IMG/VR virus record: IMGVR_UViG_3300029267_006021
DNA: 64,000 bases
Origin: a virus
Reading direction: 5' to 3' (one strand)
Below, in pieces: positions 9,156 to 17,773 of the stretch. The position numbers and the translations under genes are program-made. Position 1 is the first letter of the stretch, and each line of letters opens with the position of its first letter. The notes beneath the pieces were generated by a model. It was not told where the DNA came from. It saw nothing but the letters and a program-made list of their open reading frames with translations, and did no database searches.

Positions 9156-9518
9156 TTAGATATTTTTGAATGAATTGGTATTAGACCACCCAAAAGGATA
9201 AGCTTTTGCTTCCGGCAACGCAGCCAAGATGTTCTGAACCCCTGATTTATTAAGGCTGTGTACCCATATCCTGGGAGGTTTAAAATGAGGATTTAATTCA
9301 AGCCATTGGGCTACTGCATAACCAGTCCCTACCCCAGATTCAACCATTTCTTTGCCCCCGAGATCATGATCAAGCCATAACTCATCCCATTGTTTTTCCT
9401 GAAGTTGTTCTATACAATCAGTAACAGTATCAACTATAACTACTGTACTTCCAATGAATTTCTGCCGAAATGCTTTGACACGTTCTGGATTATCTTCGAG
9501 TATTAGAATCTGGGCCAT
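9156..9518 (-). CDS. Cyclic-phosphate-processing receiver-like (cREC) domain protein
   Basis: ILILED, LWLDHDLGG, GTGYAVA, IWVHSLN motifs. Confidence 0.7.
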   Translation of the reverse strand: MAQILILEDNPERVKAFRQKFIGSTVVIVDTVTDCIEQLQEKQWDELWLDHDLGGKEMVESGVGTGYAVAQWLELNPHFKPPRIWVHSLNKSGVQNILAALPEAKAYPFGWSNTNSFKNI

Positions 9519-9554
9519 TTTAAAACCTCTACTATTTTACAATTGAAACCAAGA

Positions 9555-10106
9555 TCAATCAACCAAATTAACAATCACTTTTCTATTCTTACTTAGCACA
9601 TAAAAATGACTATTTAAATGCCCTTCAGGGAAGAGATCTAATCTACAAACCATAACAGATGACCAAAGTATGGCCATAAAACCATATTTAATAAGAGAAG
9701 GACTCATAATTAAATCGAGTACATCCCTTCCAAATCTTCTAATGTCTGAATAGATCTTAGGGGTGAAAACACAAGCAATAACTCGTTCATCTTTTTCTTC
9801 GATTTTAGCAAAAACATCTGATAAATTGTCTGGAGTGAGGGTTTTTAACTTCTGCTTCATAACAATATCATTGTCGGATATGCTTATTCGAACCTTGATT
9901 AAATCAAGAAAATCTGGTGCTAAAATATCTAAAGGCCAAACAAATTGCTCTGAGTTAGTTTTAAGTCTTAAAATTAACTCAGAGTTGCTTGGAATCTTTT
10001 CGACTAATTCATTCTTTTGTAATTGACGTGCTTGAGCAGGATATAGATCAATAAGTTCAGTAAGATTTGGTGCTAAAAGTTTAATTTTTGTGCTCGTGTT
10101 AGACAT
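9555..10106 (-). CDS. Truncated paralog of the major capsid protein (A-domain-like segment)
   Basis: 27 of 59 identical residues in an ungapped manual alignment to MCP 17912..18835. Confidence 0.8.
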   Translation of the reverse strand: MSNTSTKIKLLAPNLTELIDLYPAQARQLQKNELVEKIPSNSELILRLKTNSEQFVWPLDILAPDFLDLIKVRISISDNDIVMKQKLKTLTPDNLSDVFAKIEEKDERVIACVFTPKIYSDIRRFGRDVLDLIMSPSLIKYGFMAILWSSVMVCRLDLFPEGHLNSHFYVLSKNRKVIVNLVD

Positions 10107-10452
10107 GGATAAGGCCTTCTAAAATAAGACGAAGTTATCTCACCTAACTAGGAGGCGGTCTAAAATCTTAACCAAACTTTGGTTAGTGCTAATTATACAA
10201 AGTGGGGTTAGTATAAGTTTGATGTTTTCACTTTAGGGTCTCCTTTCTCTGATGTCTTAACTGATCTATTTTTTGTACCCAGCATTGGGAGTGAATATTT
10301 CTTTATCTAATGTTTCTCTTATTTCTCCCATCGCCCACAATTTGCTTTCGCCTGCCCTCTGGCACATCAATCCAACAAAAGCATTCGCCGTCGCCGGAAG
10401 CACGACTCCTGAAAACTATTACGTTTTCCATCTTAACTCTCCTCTCCTACTG

Positions 10453-10680
10453 TTAAATTCCCCTTAGTGTCTGCTGATATGCAAGATTCTCCAAGCGCTC
10501 ATCCTCCAGGGACTTCCGTGCAAGGTTAAGCCCATGTAGGATCAGCCGCTTCCTCTGGTGCTCTTTCGAGCAACAAGCGCAATCGTAGCCACCATAAAGA
10601 AGGTAGACCCTTGCAGATTCAAGATCGCTCCATGTTAGTGCTGTCTTCATTGTACTTTTCCCTACAGTAGGTTTGGCCAC
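10453..10680 (-). CDS. Hypothetical protein
   Basis: Small ORF in GC-richer island. Confidence 0.4.
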   Translation of the reverse strand: MAKPTVGKSTMKTALTWSDLESARVYLLYGGYDCACCSKEHQRKRLILHGLNLARKSLEDERLENLAYQQTLRGI

Positions 10681-10859
10681 ACATCAGGAGCCTGACTCAT
10701 TTTAGCCTGAATGTTGCGTCGTACCCTGTCAATGACTGGCCCTGGACCAGTCCGACGTCGAATCTCATCAATGGTACGAATCCTTCCACAAGAACGACAT
10801 TGCCATAAATCGCCCCACGCTTTCTCCCACTGGATTTCTCCGCATTCGCATTCGTTCAT
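10662..10859 (-). CDS. Small zinc-ribbon protein
   Basis: CECG..WQCRSCG; GAGG RBS. Confidence 0.5.
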   Translation of the reverse strand: MNECECGEIQWEKAWGDLWQCRSCGRIRTIDEIRRRTGPGPVIDRVRRNIQAKMSQAPDVWPNLL

Positions 10860-10893
10860 TGCACTTTACCTCAACTGTTCAAGTAAACTGCCT

Positions 10894-11103
10894 TCATTGC
10901 TTTTCGAACATTTTGTCTTTTGCCTGCTGCATGTCATCCAAAATAATTAAGATGTCCTCACAGACGGCAATCATCAGGTTTCGATTTTCTGCGGGAAGAT
11001 CCTCCCACGGCACAGCCGTTTCGGGCCGGGTTTTGTACCCAAACTCCGGAGCCCGCTCTTCGTATCTCTTATGGAAAAACCTTGCCATTCGAACTGCGTT
11101 CAT
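10894..11103 (-). CDS. Hypothetical phage protein
   Basis: AGGAGAGTGAAGATG start motif; ARFFHKRYEERAPEFGYKTR. Confidence 0.55.
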   Translation of the reverse strand: MNAVRMARFFHKRYEERAPEFGYKTRPETAVPWEDLPAENRNLMIAVCEDILIILDDMQQAKDKMFEKQ

Positions 11104-11170
11104 CTTCACTCTCCTATTATCTTGCAACGTCTCTTGAAACCTGATATCATACTCCTGTCAACCAAACCCG

Positions 11171-11200
11171 GGCCTCAGCATCGTGCTGGGGCCTTCTTTA
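11171..11200. terminator. Possible terminator hairpin
   Basis: ggcctcagca-tcg-tgctggggcc followed by ttcttta, at the end of 11198..11530. Confidence 0.4.
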
Positions 11201-11530
11201 TTGCTCTCGTACAGAACTGCCTTGCTCTTTTACGGAAGTGTATTGCAGATCCGCTGCAAACACAGCAAACGTGCGAGCCATCTCCAGAAGACGAGACTTG
11301 CACCTCTCATAAATTACCGGTAGATCGTCGTCATTGTCCCATGTGTCATCGTTCTCCGAGTCCCAAATGACCTCGCGCCCCAACATGATTTGGAAGTAAC
11401 CAGAACATGGGGCGCACAAGTAGGCGAACATTGGTGCCTCTCCGTTTACAGCAAAAAGATTCTCTTCGAATTCGTCCGCGAGAAGGTCAACTGCTCGCTC
11501 CACTTCCTTGCGTAGTTCTTTGTATGCCAT
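11198..11530 (-). CDS. Hypothetical protein
   Basis: GGAGGAG RBS, ATG start. Confidence 0.55.
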   Translation of the reverse strand: MAYKELRKEVERAVDLLADEFEENLFAVNGEAPMFAYLCAPCSGYFQIMLGREVIWDSENDDTWDNDDDLPVIYERCKSRLLEMARTFAVFAADLQYTSVKEQGSSVREQ

Positions 11531-11576
11531 TACTCCTCCGTTGAACTGCCTTGCTTTTCGTCTGTTTTGTCTTCTT

Positions 11577-11969
11577 TCACTCTTTTGGTAAACTGCTCAA
11601 TTGTGCTTTGGCCCAGGTCTTCCACTTGGCTGCGTGGCGTTTGAGTTTTGCCCTGGCCTCGGTCGCGGTCATGCCGTGGTCCCGACGGAAGCGGCGCCAG
11701 AGGGTGCGCCTATAATTCGTGTTGTCGCCTGGGGTCTGGATGTCATTCATGGCCCGGATGTACCACCACCCATCACCGTCCAGGATGGAACATCCATCCG
11801 GATCGCCGTGTCTGTTCGCCGGACACCTCCTGCAATGATAAACGAACCCAGCCTCCGCCCGAAGACCACACACGCACGGACGACAAACGCTCTTACCCCG
11901 TGCGATAGCTTCGTATGCTGGCACCAATCGTTCTAGCACCAGTTCTGCAAACTTTTGTGTCTTAGTCAT
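11577..11969 (-). CDS. Hypothetical Cys-rich protein
   Basis: CRPCVC..CRRCP..C; AAGGA RBS. Confidence 0.5.
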   Translation of the reverse strand: MTKTQKFAELVLERLVPAYEAIARGKSVCRPCVCGLRAEAGFVYHCRRCPANRHGDPDGCSILDGDGWWYIRAMNDIQTPGDNTNYRRTLWRRFRRDHGMTATEARAKLKRHAAKWKTWAKAQLSSLPKE

Positions 11970-12129
11970 TTTTTTATCCTTTTTTTAGTGCGAAAAGTTA
12001 AATAAGAGCCGGTGAGCGGTGGCGTTTTCGCCGGCGCCATATCGCCCCATCGCCACGGAGCACCCCTCGCCGGGGCAAGCACTCCATTTCGTCCGGCCAA
12101 GGGACTGGTGAGGAGCAAACCAGGCCGAA

Positions 12130-12252
12130 AGGCGCGGGCCGGATTTGAACCGGCTTGAGAGGTTGCTTCCACTATGCAACATGCTGGGGCAAAAATCCCT
12201 GTTCTCTCGGGCTGCAATTAATGCCCGCGTGTTCCCATCACGCCGCCGCGCC
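12130..12252 (-). ncRNA. tRNA-like RNA with expanded variable region
   Basis: Acceptor GGCGCGG/CCGCGCC, D-stem GCGT/ACGC, T-arm GCCGG-TTCAAAT-CCGGC; non-canonical anticodon loop and long insert. Confidence 0.55.
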
Positions 12253-12551
12253 ATCTTCACTCTCCTGTCAAATTGCCTTATTCTCCTGTTATTGCATGAT
12301 GGGCAGCGCCTGCTCTACACTTTGCACAATCACACCGCCATTCGAGTAAGGCTTTCAATCCTTCTTTGGTCATTTTCCACGACAAGGATTCTGGATATTG
12401 ATGTCCGCATTTGACACATTCCCACAGCAGCCTTGCACCACTACGTTCAGCCGCGCATTCTACGTCTATATCTGCTGGATCATTGGACAATCGCCGTAGG
12501 CGCATCAGCACTTCAAGCATCGCCGGATTCGGGTATTTACAACGATCAGGT

Positions 12552-12791
12552 TTACTTGGCATTTGTTTGCTCCTTACTGAGAATGGATTTATACGGATCA
12601 GGATACTCCTGCTCGTATTCCGCAAGCATTTCACGAGCGTGCGTTGCCGCATTTTTTGCACGTTCGATTACATCTTCCATGAAGACGCAGGTACCGTAAG
12701 GCCCAATATCCTCCAGGGCCTCAATCGTTTCCGATAGGATCGTCTTGAGGCGAATGCGCGGATCCTGGCGTCTTCTGTGTTTCAGCATCAA
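12552..12791 (-). CDS. Hypothetical protein
   Basis: ORF in minus-strand run. Confidence 0.4.
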   Translation of the reverse strand: MMLKHRRRQDPRIRLKTILSETIEALEDIGPYGTCVFMEDVIERAKNAATHAREMLAEYEQEYPDPYKSILSKEQTNAK

Positions 12792-12821
12792 GTTTCCGTT
12801 TCAATTGGACCGTATCTATTA

Positions 12822-13511
12822 CTACGTTACGATTGTGCAGCACCTTTCTTTGATTGCATGCCGCAAGATTTGCAATTGTGGCGGGTAAATATCGTCATCG
12901 TGTAAATCAACGTCCATGCCGTGTTCTTTGCTGAGGTAGTCCGAAATCAAAACAGCCAATGTTGACTTTCCAGAACCAACGATGCCGCTGATTGTGATAT
13001 GAAGATTGGACTGTCTTTCTATTGTTCTTTCCTTCGTTGAATTGAGCAGATCCAATTGCTGCTTGAGTTCAGATACTTCTTGGCGCAGACGGTCACGCTC
13101 CCATCCGATTGCACAAATTTTATCTACGATGTGTGTATCACTAACTTTGCCCAGGAAACCGTCTGCAACTTCGTGTGCCTTCTTCAGCCATGTTTCAGCT
13201 CGATCTTTTTCGCGGACTATCTGTGCTATCGGACGGCCCAGACTTTTGTCTATGATATCGGCGGTATACAACGTTGATTCCCACGTGTTATCTCCGTACT
13301 CCGCGCAAAGTTGTCGCAGTACTTTGATCGTTTCTTCTCGTTCGATAAGAAGCGCGGCCGCTTTGCGCATTTCCTTGTCCGTTCCGGGCTCAATCATATC
13401 CAAATGACGTACCGCGTTGACCATACACTGCAACCATGCGGCGCGTTCGCCTAATTCGAATTTAAGTTCCTCGCGGGCCATCTGTTCTTCATTTGGTTCA
13501 TCCGGCATCAT
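12822..13511 (-). CDS. Hypothetical coiled-coil protein ending in a P-loop fragment
   Basis: GIVGSGKST near the C-terminus; start at MMPDE inferred from AGGAGG RBS. Confidence 0.5.
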   Translation of the reverse strand: MMPDEPNEEQMAREELKFELGERAAWLQCMVNAVRHLDMIEPGTDKEMRKAAALLIEREETIKVLRQLCAEYGDNTWESTLYTADIIDKSLGRPIAQIVREKDRAETWLKKAHEVADGFLGKVSDTHIVDKICAIGWERDRLRQEVSELKQQLDLLNSTKERTIERQSNLHITISGIVGSGKSTLAVLISDYLSKEHGMDVDLHDDDIYPPQLQILRHAIKERCCTIVT

Positions 13512-13809
13512 CTTCCTCCTGCTTGAAGTGGTTGAAGCCTTCCATCGTGATATGTAGTTTCCAGTGAAAAGATAATTGCATGTCTTTATCCATGAATGGC
13601 ACAAAAGGACAATCTGGGGGAATACGGCGAGCAGCGTACACTACTCCATCTTCTCCGACAAGTTCAAATTCACGGACGTATACTCTTTCACGTGGCATTG
13701 GGAAGGTTACATCGTCCGTGATTATGGCATCGTTCTTGTGAACTACGACGGCATGTACTGCTTCGGATTTGAGATTATCGTCTTTGTTTAACCGGATGTA
13801 GTATTTCAT
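13498..13809 (-). CDS. Hypothetical protein
   Basis: AAGGAGG RBS. Confidence 0.55.
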   Translation of the reverse strand: MKYYIRLNKDDNLKSEAVHAVVVHKNDAIITDDVTFPMPRERVYVREFELVGEDGVVYAARRIPPDCPFVPFMDKDMQLSFHWKLHITMEGFNHFKQEEDDAG

Positions 13810-13828
13810 AGTAGCCTCCTTCAGTCTG

Positions 13829-14128
13829 TCAGTACCGATAGATATGCTTAACTATGAATGGGTAATTTATTGATTGCTTTTTCTCTGAAGAGTTAGATTC
13901 AACAAGCCACTCAACATGTTCCCTGATGTCCGACTCTACGCAATTATCATGATTACTCATTTCAGAATTGATATTGCTACCCCATATACGAATAACATCA
14001 ACACGCCATGTTTCATTGTTAACCTCAATGGACAGTTTCTTATCGCCACACCATGCCTCAATTAAATAATCTGAAGTTATTGTTTTGGCGTTATATTGTC
14101 TAAGCATTTGCAATATCGAATGCTTCAT
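13829..14128 (-). CDS. Hypothetical protein
   Basis: AAGGA RBS. Confidence 0.5.
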   Translation of the reverse strand: MKHSILQMLRQYNAKTITSDYLIEAWCGDKKLSIEVNNETWRVDVIRIWGSNINSEMSNHDNCVESDIREHVEWLVESNSSEKKQSINYPFIVKHIYRY

Positions 14129-14658
14129 TTGTTCAGTTCCTTAGTTTTGTCTGTCTTGCTCTCCCGATATTTAGTAATAAAGGAAGTTTCCTTCTCTCGG
14201 TTGGGGTTTGGGGTCCGGATGTCTATTACGAGCACTTTTGATAATATTTTCCATGAAATTCCGGTCGGTTAGATCATATAGAAGATCAATAAATTTACCG
14301 ATACAACCCGTCTTAATTAGGAATTGTGCAAATATTTTCATGTCTTTGGCATTTTCCATCATTCCCTCCCTTAATCTTGCAAATCCAATAAACTGCCTTG
14401 TTCAACACTTGCGATTTCGTAGCAATTGAAGGTGTTCTCGGCTTTCTGCGCCCGTTCGCACGGCTCGTCTGTATCAAGGATTCGCGTTTCCATGGTTCCA
14501 CCTTTCACATGAATCTCACCACGCTACTGAATGGTAGAGCAGGAAGCAACCCAACTTAGGATAGCCTTGATCTTTGGTTTCTATGCCTGTGCCGGTCACT
14601 GGCCCTGGGTACTCGTCCCCGACTACATAGACCTTTTGATCTCCCAAACGAAAGCAAT

Positions 14659-14832
14659 CTATTTAGACATAAACGCTTCTACTTGTACCAAGTTTTCGGC
14701 TTCGAGAAGCACGCCGTATCGTCGCTCTTTCCCTTGGCCTTCGTGTCCTCTGACGATCAGCTTCCCGCGCTCACTTTTTAGGCAGCGACCATGTGATCTT
14801 AGGTGCTTCCTGGCTTTCGAAAATCGGCTCAT
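14659..14832 (-). CDS. 57-aa basic protein not in the ORF track; paralog of 4532..4774
   Basis: Manual translation MSRFSKARKHLRSHGRCLKSERGKLIVRG...NLVQVEAFMSK; AGGAGAGTGAAGATG start motif. Confidence 0.6.
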   Translation of the reverse strand: MSRFSKARKHLRSHGRCLKSERGKLIVRGHEGQGKERRYGVLLEAENLVQVEAFMSK

Positions 14833-14883
14833 CTTCACTCTCCTTAACCCTTGTTGGATTCAATGTTCTTCCTATTTTACAAA

Positions 14884-16074
14884 TCACCAGATGCCTTGTT
14901 TAAGCGCTTGTACGTTAATTTTTGAGAGGTCGTAGTTTGAGGTGACATCGTATGGTGATTCGTTTGGTTTGAGTTTGAGTTTTCCTCTGAGACTTCGAAT
15001 GTCTAGGGCAGGAATAAGAAAGAGAGCGAGGATTTTTCTATAAGATCTATTTAGACCAACAAAAAAGTAATTATCTGCGAGTTCTCTTGTTTTGATTTCT
15101 TTTCGCTTAAAATTAAAACAACCATTATTATCAACAGCACTCGTCTTAACATCTATTTTACCCAAAAAAGGCTCAATAAAGTCATAAGGTGAATCAATAC
15201 CTTTTTCTATAAGCATATCTTTGGCTTGTGGGTATAACTTGAAAAAGATTAGTTCTCCTAAACGGCCTTTCCATAATGGAATCATTTCCTGTAATTTAGT
15301 TAAATCATAAGCCCACTTAGGGTGCACTTTAAATAGCTTTTCAAGGTAAAGATTGAGGTTGTTGAGGTCATAGAGATGAGTAACTTCAAAGGGTTGTAAC
15401 CACAAAAGAGCATGATCTTCTACTACTGTTTGAGCATCATAACAAACAACCATAGAACCGCTCAAAAAGATTTTTCGAGGAATAAGCCAAATCTTCGCTA
15501 TTTCTATTCTTCCTTTTTCGAAACCTATACAAAATAAATAGTCACAATCTTTTTTAGCATGTTTTTGAAAAGGCCAAGATTTAGAACCGAGGCGTTCTAC
15601 AGGTTGACAAGTTTTAACATCTACCCGTTTTAAAATAGAATGATCAAAATCATAAGAGGATGTATCACTTTCTTCTAAATTTAAATCCCGACTATCTGGA
15701 TAAAGATACAAAAATAGAGTTTCACCAATACGTCCGAAAAACTTTTCATTTTTTCGCATTTCAGAAAGACGTTGTAAAAGAATTTCTTCTGAATATTTTT
15801 GGAATGTGGGTCTATATTTTTGTAAGCGTTCTACAACCTCATCAAAACCTTTAATTTCGCATTTAGGACAAAGATATCTAGAGTTCTTATAAGAATCATC
15901 AAAGAATTCTTTTTGGCACTCTTTACAAATTTTCTTTCTCTTCTGTTGCTGAGATTCTTTCTGAGCCAATTTTGAACATTCAAAACTACAACGGAATTGT
16001 TTCGAATGCTTAGGTTTAAATTTCTTGCCACATTGTGGACAAATCATTTCTAGATATTGGTCACTTTTCTTCAT
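14884..16074 (-). CDS. Zinc-finger protein with two tandem PD-(D/E)xK-like nuclease domains
   Basis: GRIGE..YDF..VDVKT and GRLGE..YDF..IDVKTS repeats; N-terminal CxxC modules. Confidence 0.7.
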   Translation of the reverse strand: MKKSDQYLEMICPQCGKKFKPKHSKQFRCSFECSKLAQKESQQQKRKKICKECQKEFFDDSYKNSRYLCPKCEIKGFDEVVERLQKYRPTFQKYSEEILLQRLSEMRKNEKFFGRIGETLFLYLYPDSRDLNLEESDTSSYDFDHSILKRVDVKTCQPVERLGSKSWPFQKHAKKDCDYLFCIGFEKGRIEIAKIWLIPRKIFLSGSMVVCYDAQTVVEDHALLWLQPFEVTHLYDLNNLNLYLEKLFKVHPKWAYDLTKLQEMIPLWKGRLGELIFFKLYPQAKDMLIEKGIDSPYDFIEPFLGKIDVKTSAVDNNGCFNFKRKEIKTRELADNYFFVGLNRSYRKILALFLIPALDIRSLRGKLKLKPNESPYDVTSNYDLSKINVQALKQGIW

Positions 16075-16084
16075 TTGTTATTCC

Positions 16085-17746
16085 TTAGTCCAAAGATTTA
16101 CATGCAGAACATTTTGAATGCTTAGCATTTTTAGTTAAATTATCCCCATGAAAAATTTTTCCGCACTTTCTACAGAAACGATAATTTACATGTTCTTTTC
16201 TTGGAATCATATTCTTTAGCAAGAAATCAACTAGATCTTTTGAACAAACCAAACAATATAAAGGAGTATCTTTAGTATACCAAATTACTTCTTTGTTACA
16301 ACGAGAACAAATTGGTACTGGACGGGTTTTGAGTTGGCGGCAGGTGGGGCATTTGCGGAATTGACCTTTGCCTCTTAGTTCTTCAGGTACTTCAAATGAC
16401 TCTCCACACCAAGTGCAGATTTTCTTTTGGGGGCCTTTATCTAGACGTTGTGAAACATAATTTTCTTTGTAATGTTCTTTAAAAGATTTATCTTTACATT
16501 CTGGAGAACAATATTGTGAGTTGCAAGATTGGCGGATGCTAACCCTATAAGGTTTATTGCAGTATTTGCAGTATTTTGTAGTGAGACGTTCTGACATTGG
16601 TGTATTCCTTAATTCTTGACAAGTTAAACAATATCTAGAAGAGTTCGCATAAGAATCATCGTAGAAAGATTGTCCACATTGTTTACAGATTTTATTGCGT
16701 TTGGCTTTGTTTTGTTCTTTCTTTCGAGCGTCGTGACCTGTGCGAGAACATTCTTTAGAGCAATAAATGCTATGGCTTGCGTTATTTGTCTCAAACTCTT
16801 TCTTACAATCAGGGTGTTGGCAGATTCGGGTCTCAAAAATCTTACCTTCTGCAAAACGTCTTTTAACAGTGACAATCTGTGGTTTTGCTATCTTGCGAGA
16901 AGGTGTTCCATTCAGATAGTCTTGAGGAATTTTATACATGAGATCTTTGGTGACATATTGTCTTAAATGGTCATAAAAATCCTCTGATGAGTCAGATAAA
17001 ATTCTGAATTTACAAAATAACTTACCAGATTCTAAAGTAGAGATATTCCCAAAACAAGTATTAAGATTGTATTTTTCCCATAAAATCTTAACAATCTTTG
17101 TTTTAATTTCTTTAGAAATAAGGAGTGATGTCCCAATAACAAAAGAGCTATTATCAAGTTCTCCATCATCTAGATACCAAAAGGCTAGATGATCTAAACT
17201 TAAACGTTTTAATAAGTCGTCTGGAAACACTTTAATAGCTGGGCCTTTTTCTTGTTCCAAATAGTATAATTCGCGATAATGATTAAAAATAGGATGTCCT
17301 ATAGTTTTAAATCCTTTGCATGAATATTGAGTATTAGAAACCTTTTCAACTTTAATCTTAGCAAGCCCCTGTCGAGTATTCTCTGTTAAAAAAGCATCAA
17401 GAATTTGAGCTTTGTATCGTAGATATTCAAGTTGCCCAGTAGAATGTCCACATCCATAATAACAAAGACCTGAAGAAGTAATACCAATCGTGCTATCGCC
17501 TAAAAGTGTACCCTCAATAAAACTTTGTTGAGATTCTGTTAATTTAATATCGCCCACGACCTTTTTCCATCTCTTAGATCGACGGATATTCCACTTATGT
17601 CGGGAACTATAAATATGATCATGGTTGTAACCCAGACGTTTAGCAATTTCGTTATCTGTTAAATTTTCCTCTTCAACTAGATATCTTAATAATTCATAGG
17701 TGAGTTGAGTTTTGTGTTCTTTCTTTGATTTTGCTTTTTCATACAT
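16085..17746 (-). CDS. Free-standing LAGLIDADG endonuclease with N-terminal HTH and C-terminal zinc-finger array
   Basis: IEGTLLGDS and LAFWYLDDG motifs; many CxxC/CSxxC modules. Confidence 0.85.
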   Translation of the reverse strand: MYEKAKSKKEHKTQLTYELLRYLVEEENLTDNEIAKRLGYNHDHIYSSRHKWNIRRSKRWKKVVGDIKLTESQQSFIEGTLLGDSTIGITSSGLCYYGCGHSTGQLEYLRYKAQILDAFLTENTRQGLAKIKVEKVSNTQYSCKGFKTIGHPIFNHYRELYYLEQEKGPAIKVFPDDLLKRLSLDHLAFWYLDDGELDNSSFVIGTSLLISKEIKTKIVKILWEKYNLNTCFGNISTLESGKLFCKFRILSDSSEDFYDHLRQYVTKDLMYKIPQDYLNGTPSRKIAKPQIVTVKRRFAEGKIFETRICQHPDCKKEFETNNASHSIYCSKECSRTGHDARKKEQNKAKRNKICKQCGQSFYDDSYANSSRYCLTCQELRNTPMSERLTTKYCKYCNKPYRVSIRQSCNSQYCSPECKDKSFKEHYKENYVSQRLDKGPQKKICTWCGESFEVPEELRGKGQFRKCPTCRQLKTRPVPICSRCNKEVIWYTKDTPLYCLVCSKDLVDFLLKNMIPRKEHVNYRFCRKCGKIFHGDNLTKNAKHSKCSACKSLD

Positions 17747-17764
17747 TTGTTAACCTCCTTGATT

Positions 17765-17773
17765 ATTATACAA
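17765..17773 (-). promoter_or_regulatory. Putative sigma70-like -10 element TTGTATAAT
   Basis: Upstream of AAGGAGG RBS; TTGTA(T/A/C)AAT recurs before several non-structural genes. Confidence 0.5.

Noticed and set aside
12040-12115. Functional hammerhead ribozyme
   Set aside because: The core is CTCACCA rather than CUGANGA and the cleavage-site base would be G; kept only as a structured-region note
12130-12252. Canonical decoding tRNA
   Set aside because: No 7-nt anticodon loop, C at position 8 and an oversized insert; no amino acid can be assigned
11985-12260. 91-aa ORF over the tRNA-like element
   Set aside because: The sequence is better explained by RNA structure; coding cannot be excluded because the start motif precedes it
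16085-17746. Intein or group I intron around the LAGLIDADG domain
   Set aside because: It has its own RBS and promoter-like motif, no splice-junction residues, and the flanking MCP gene is complete
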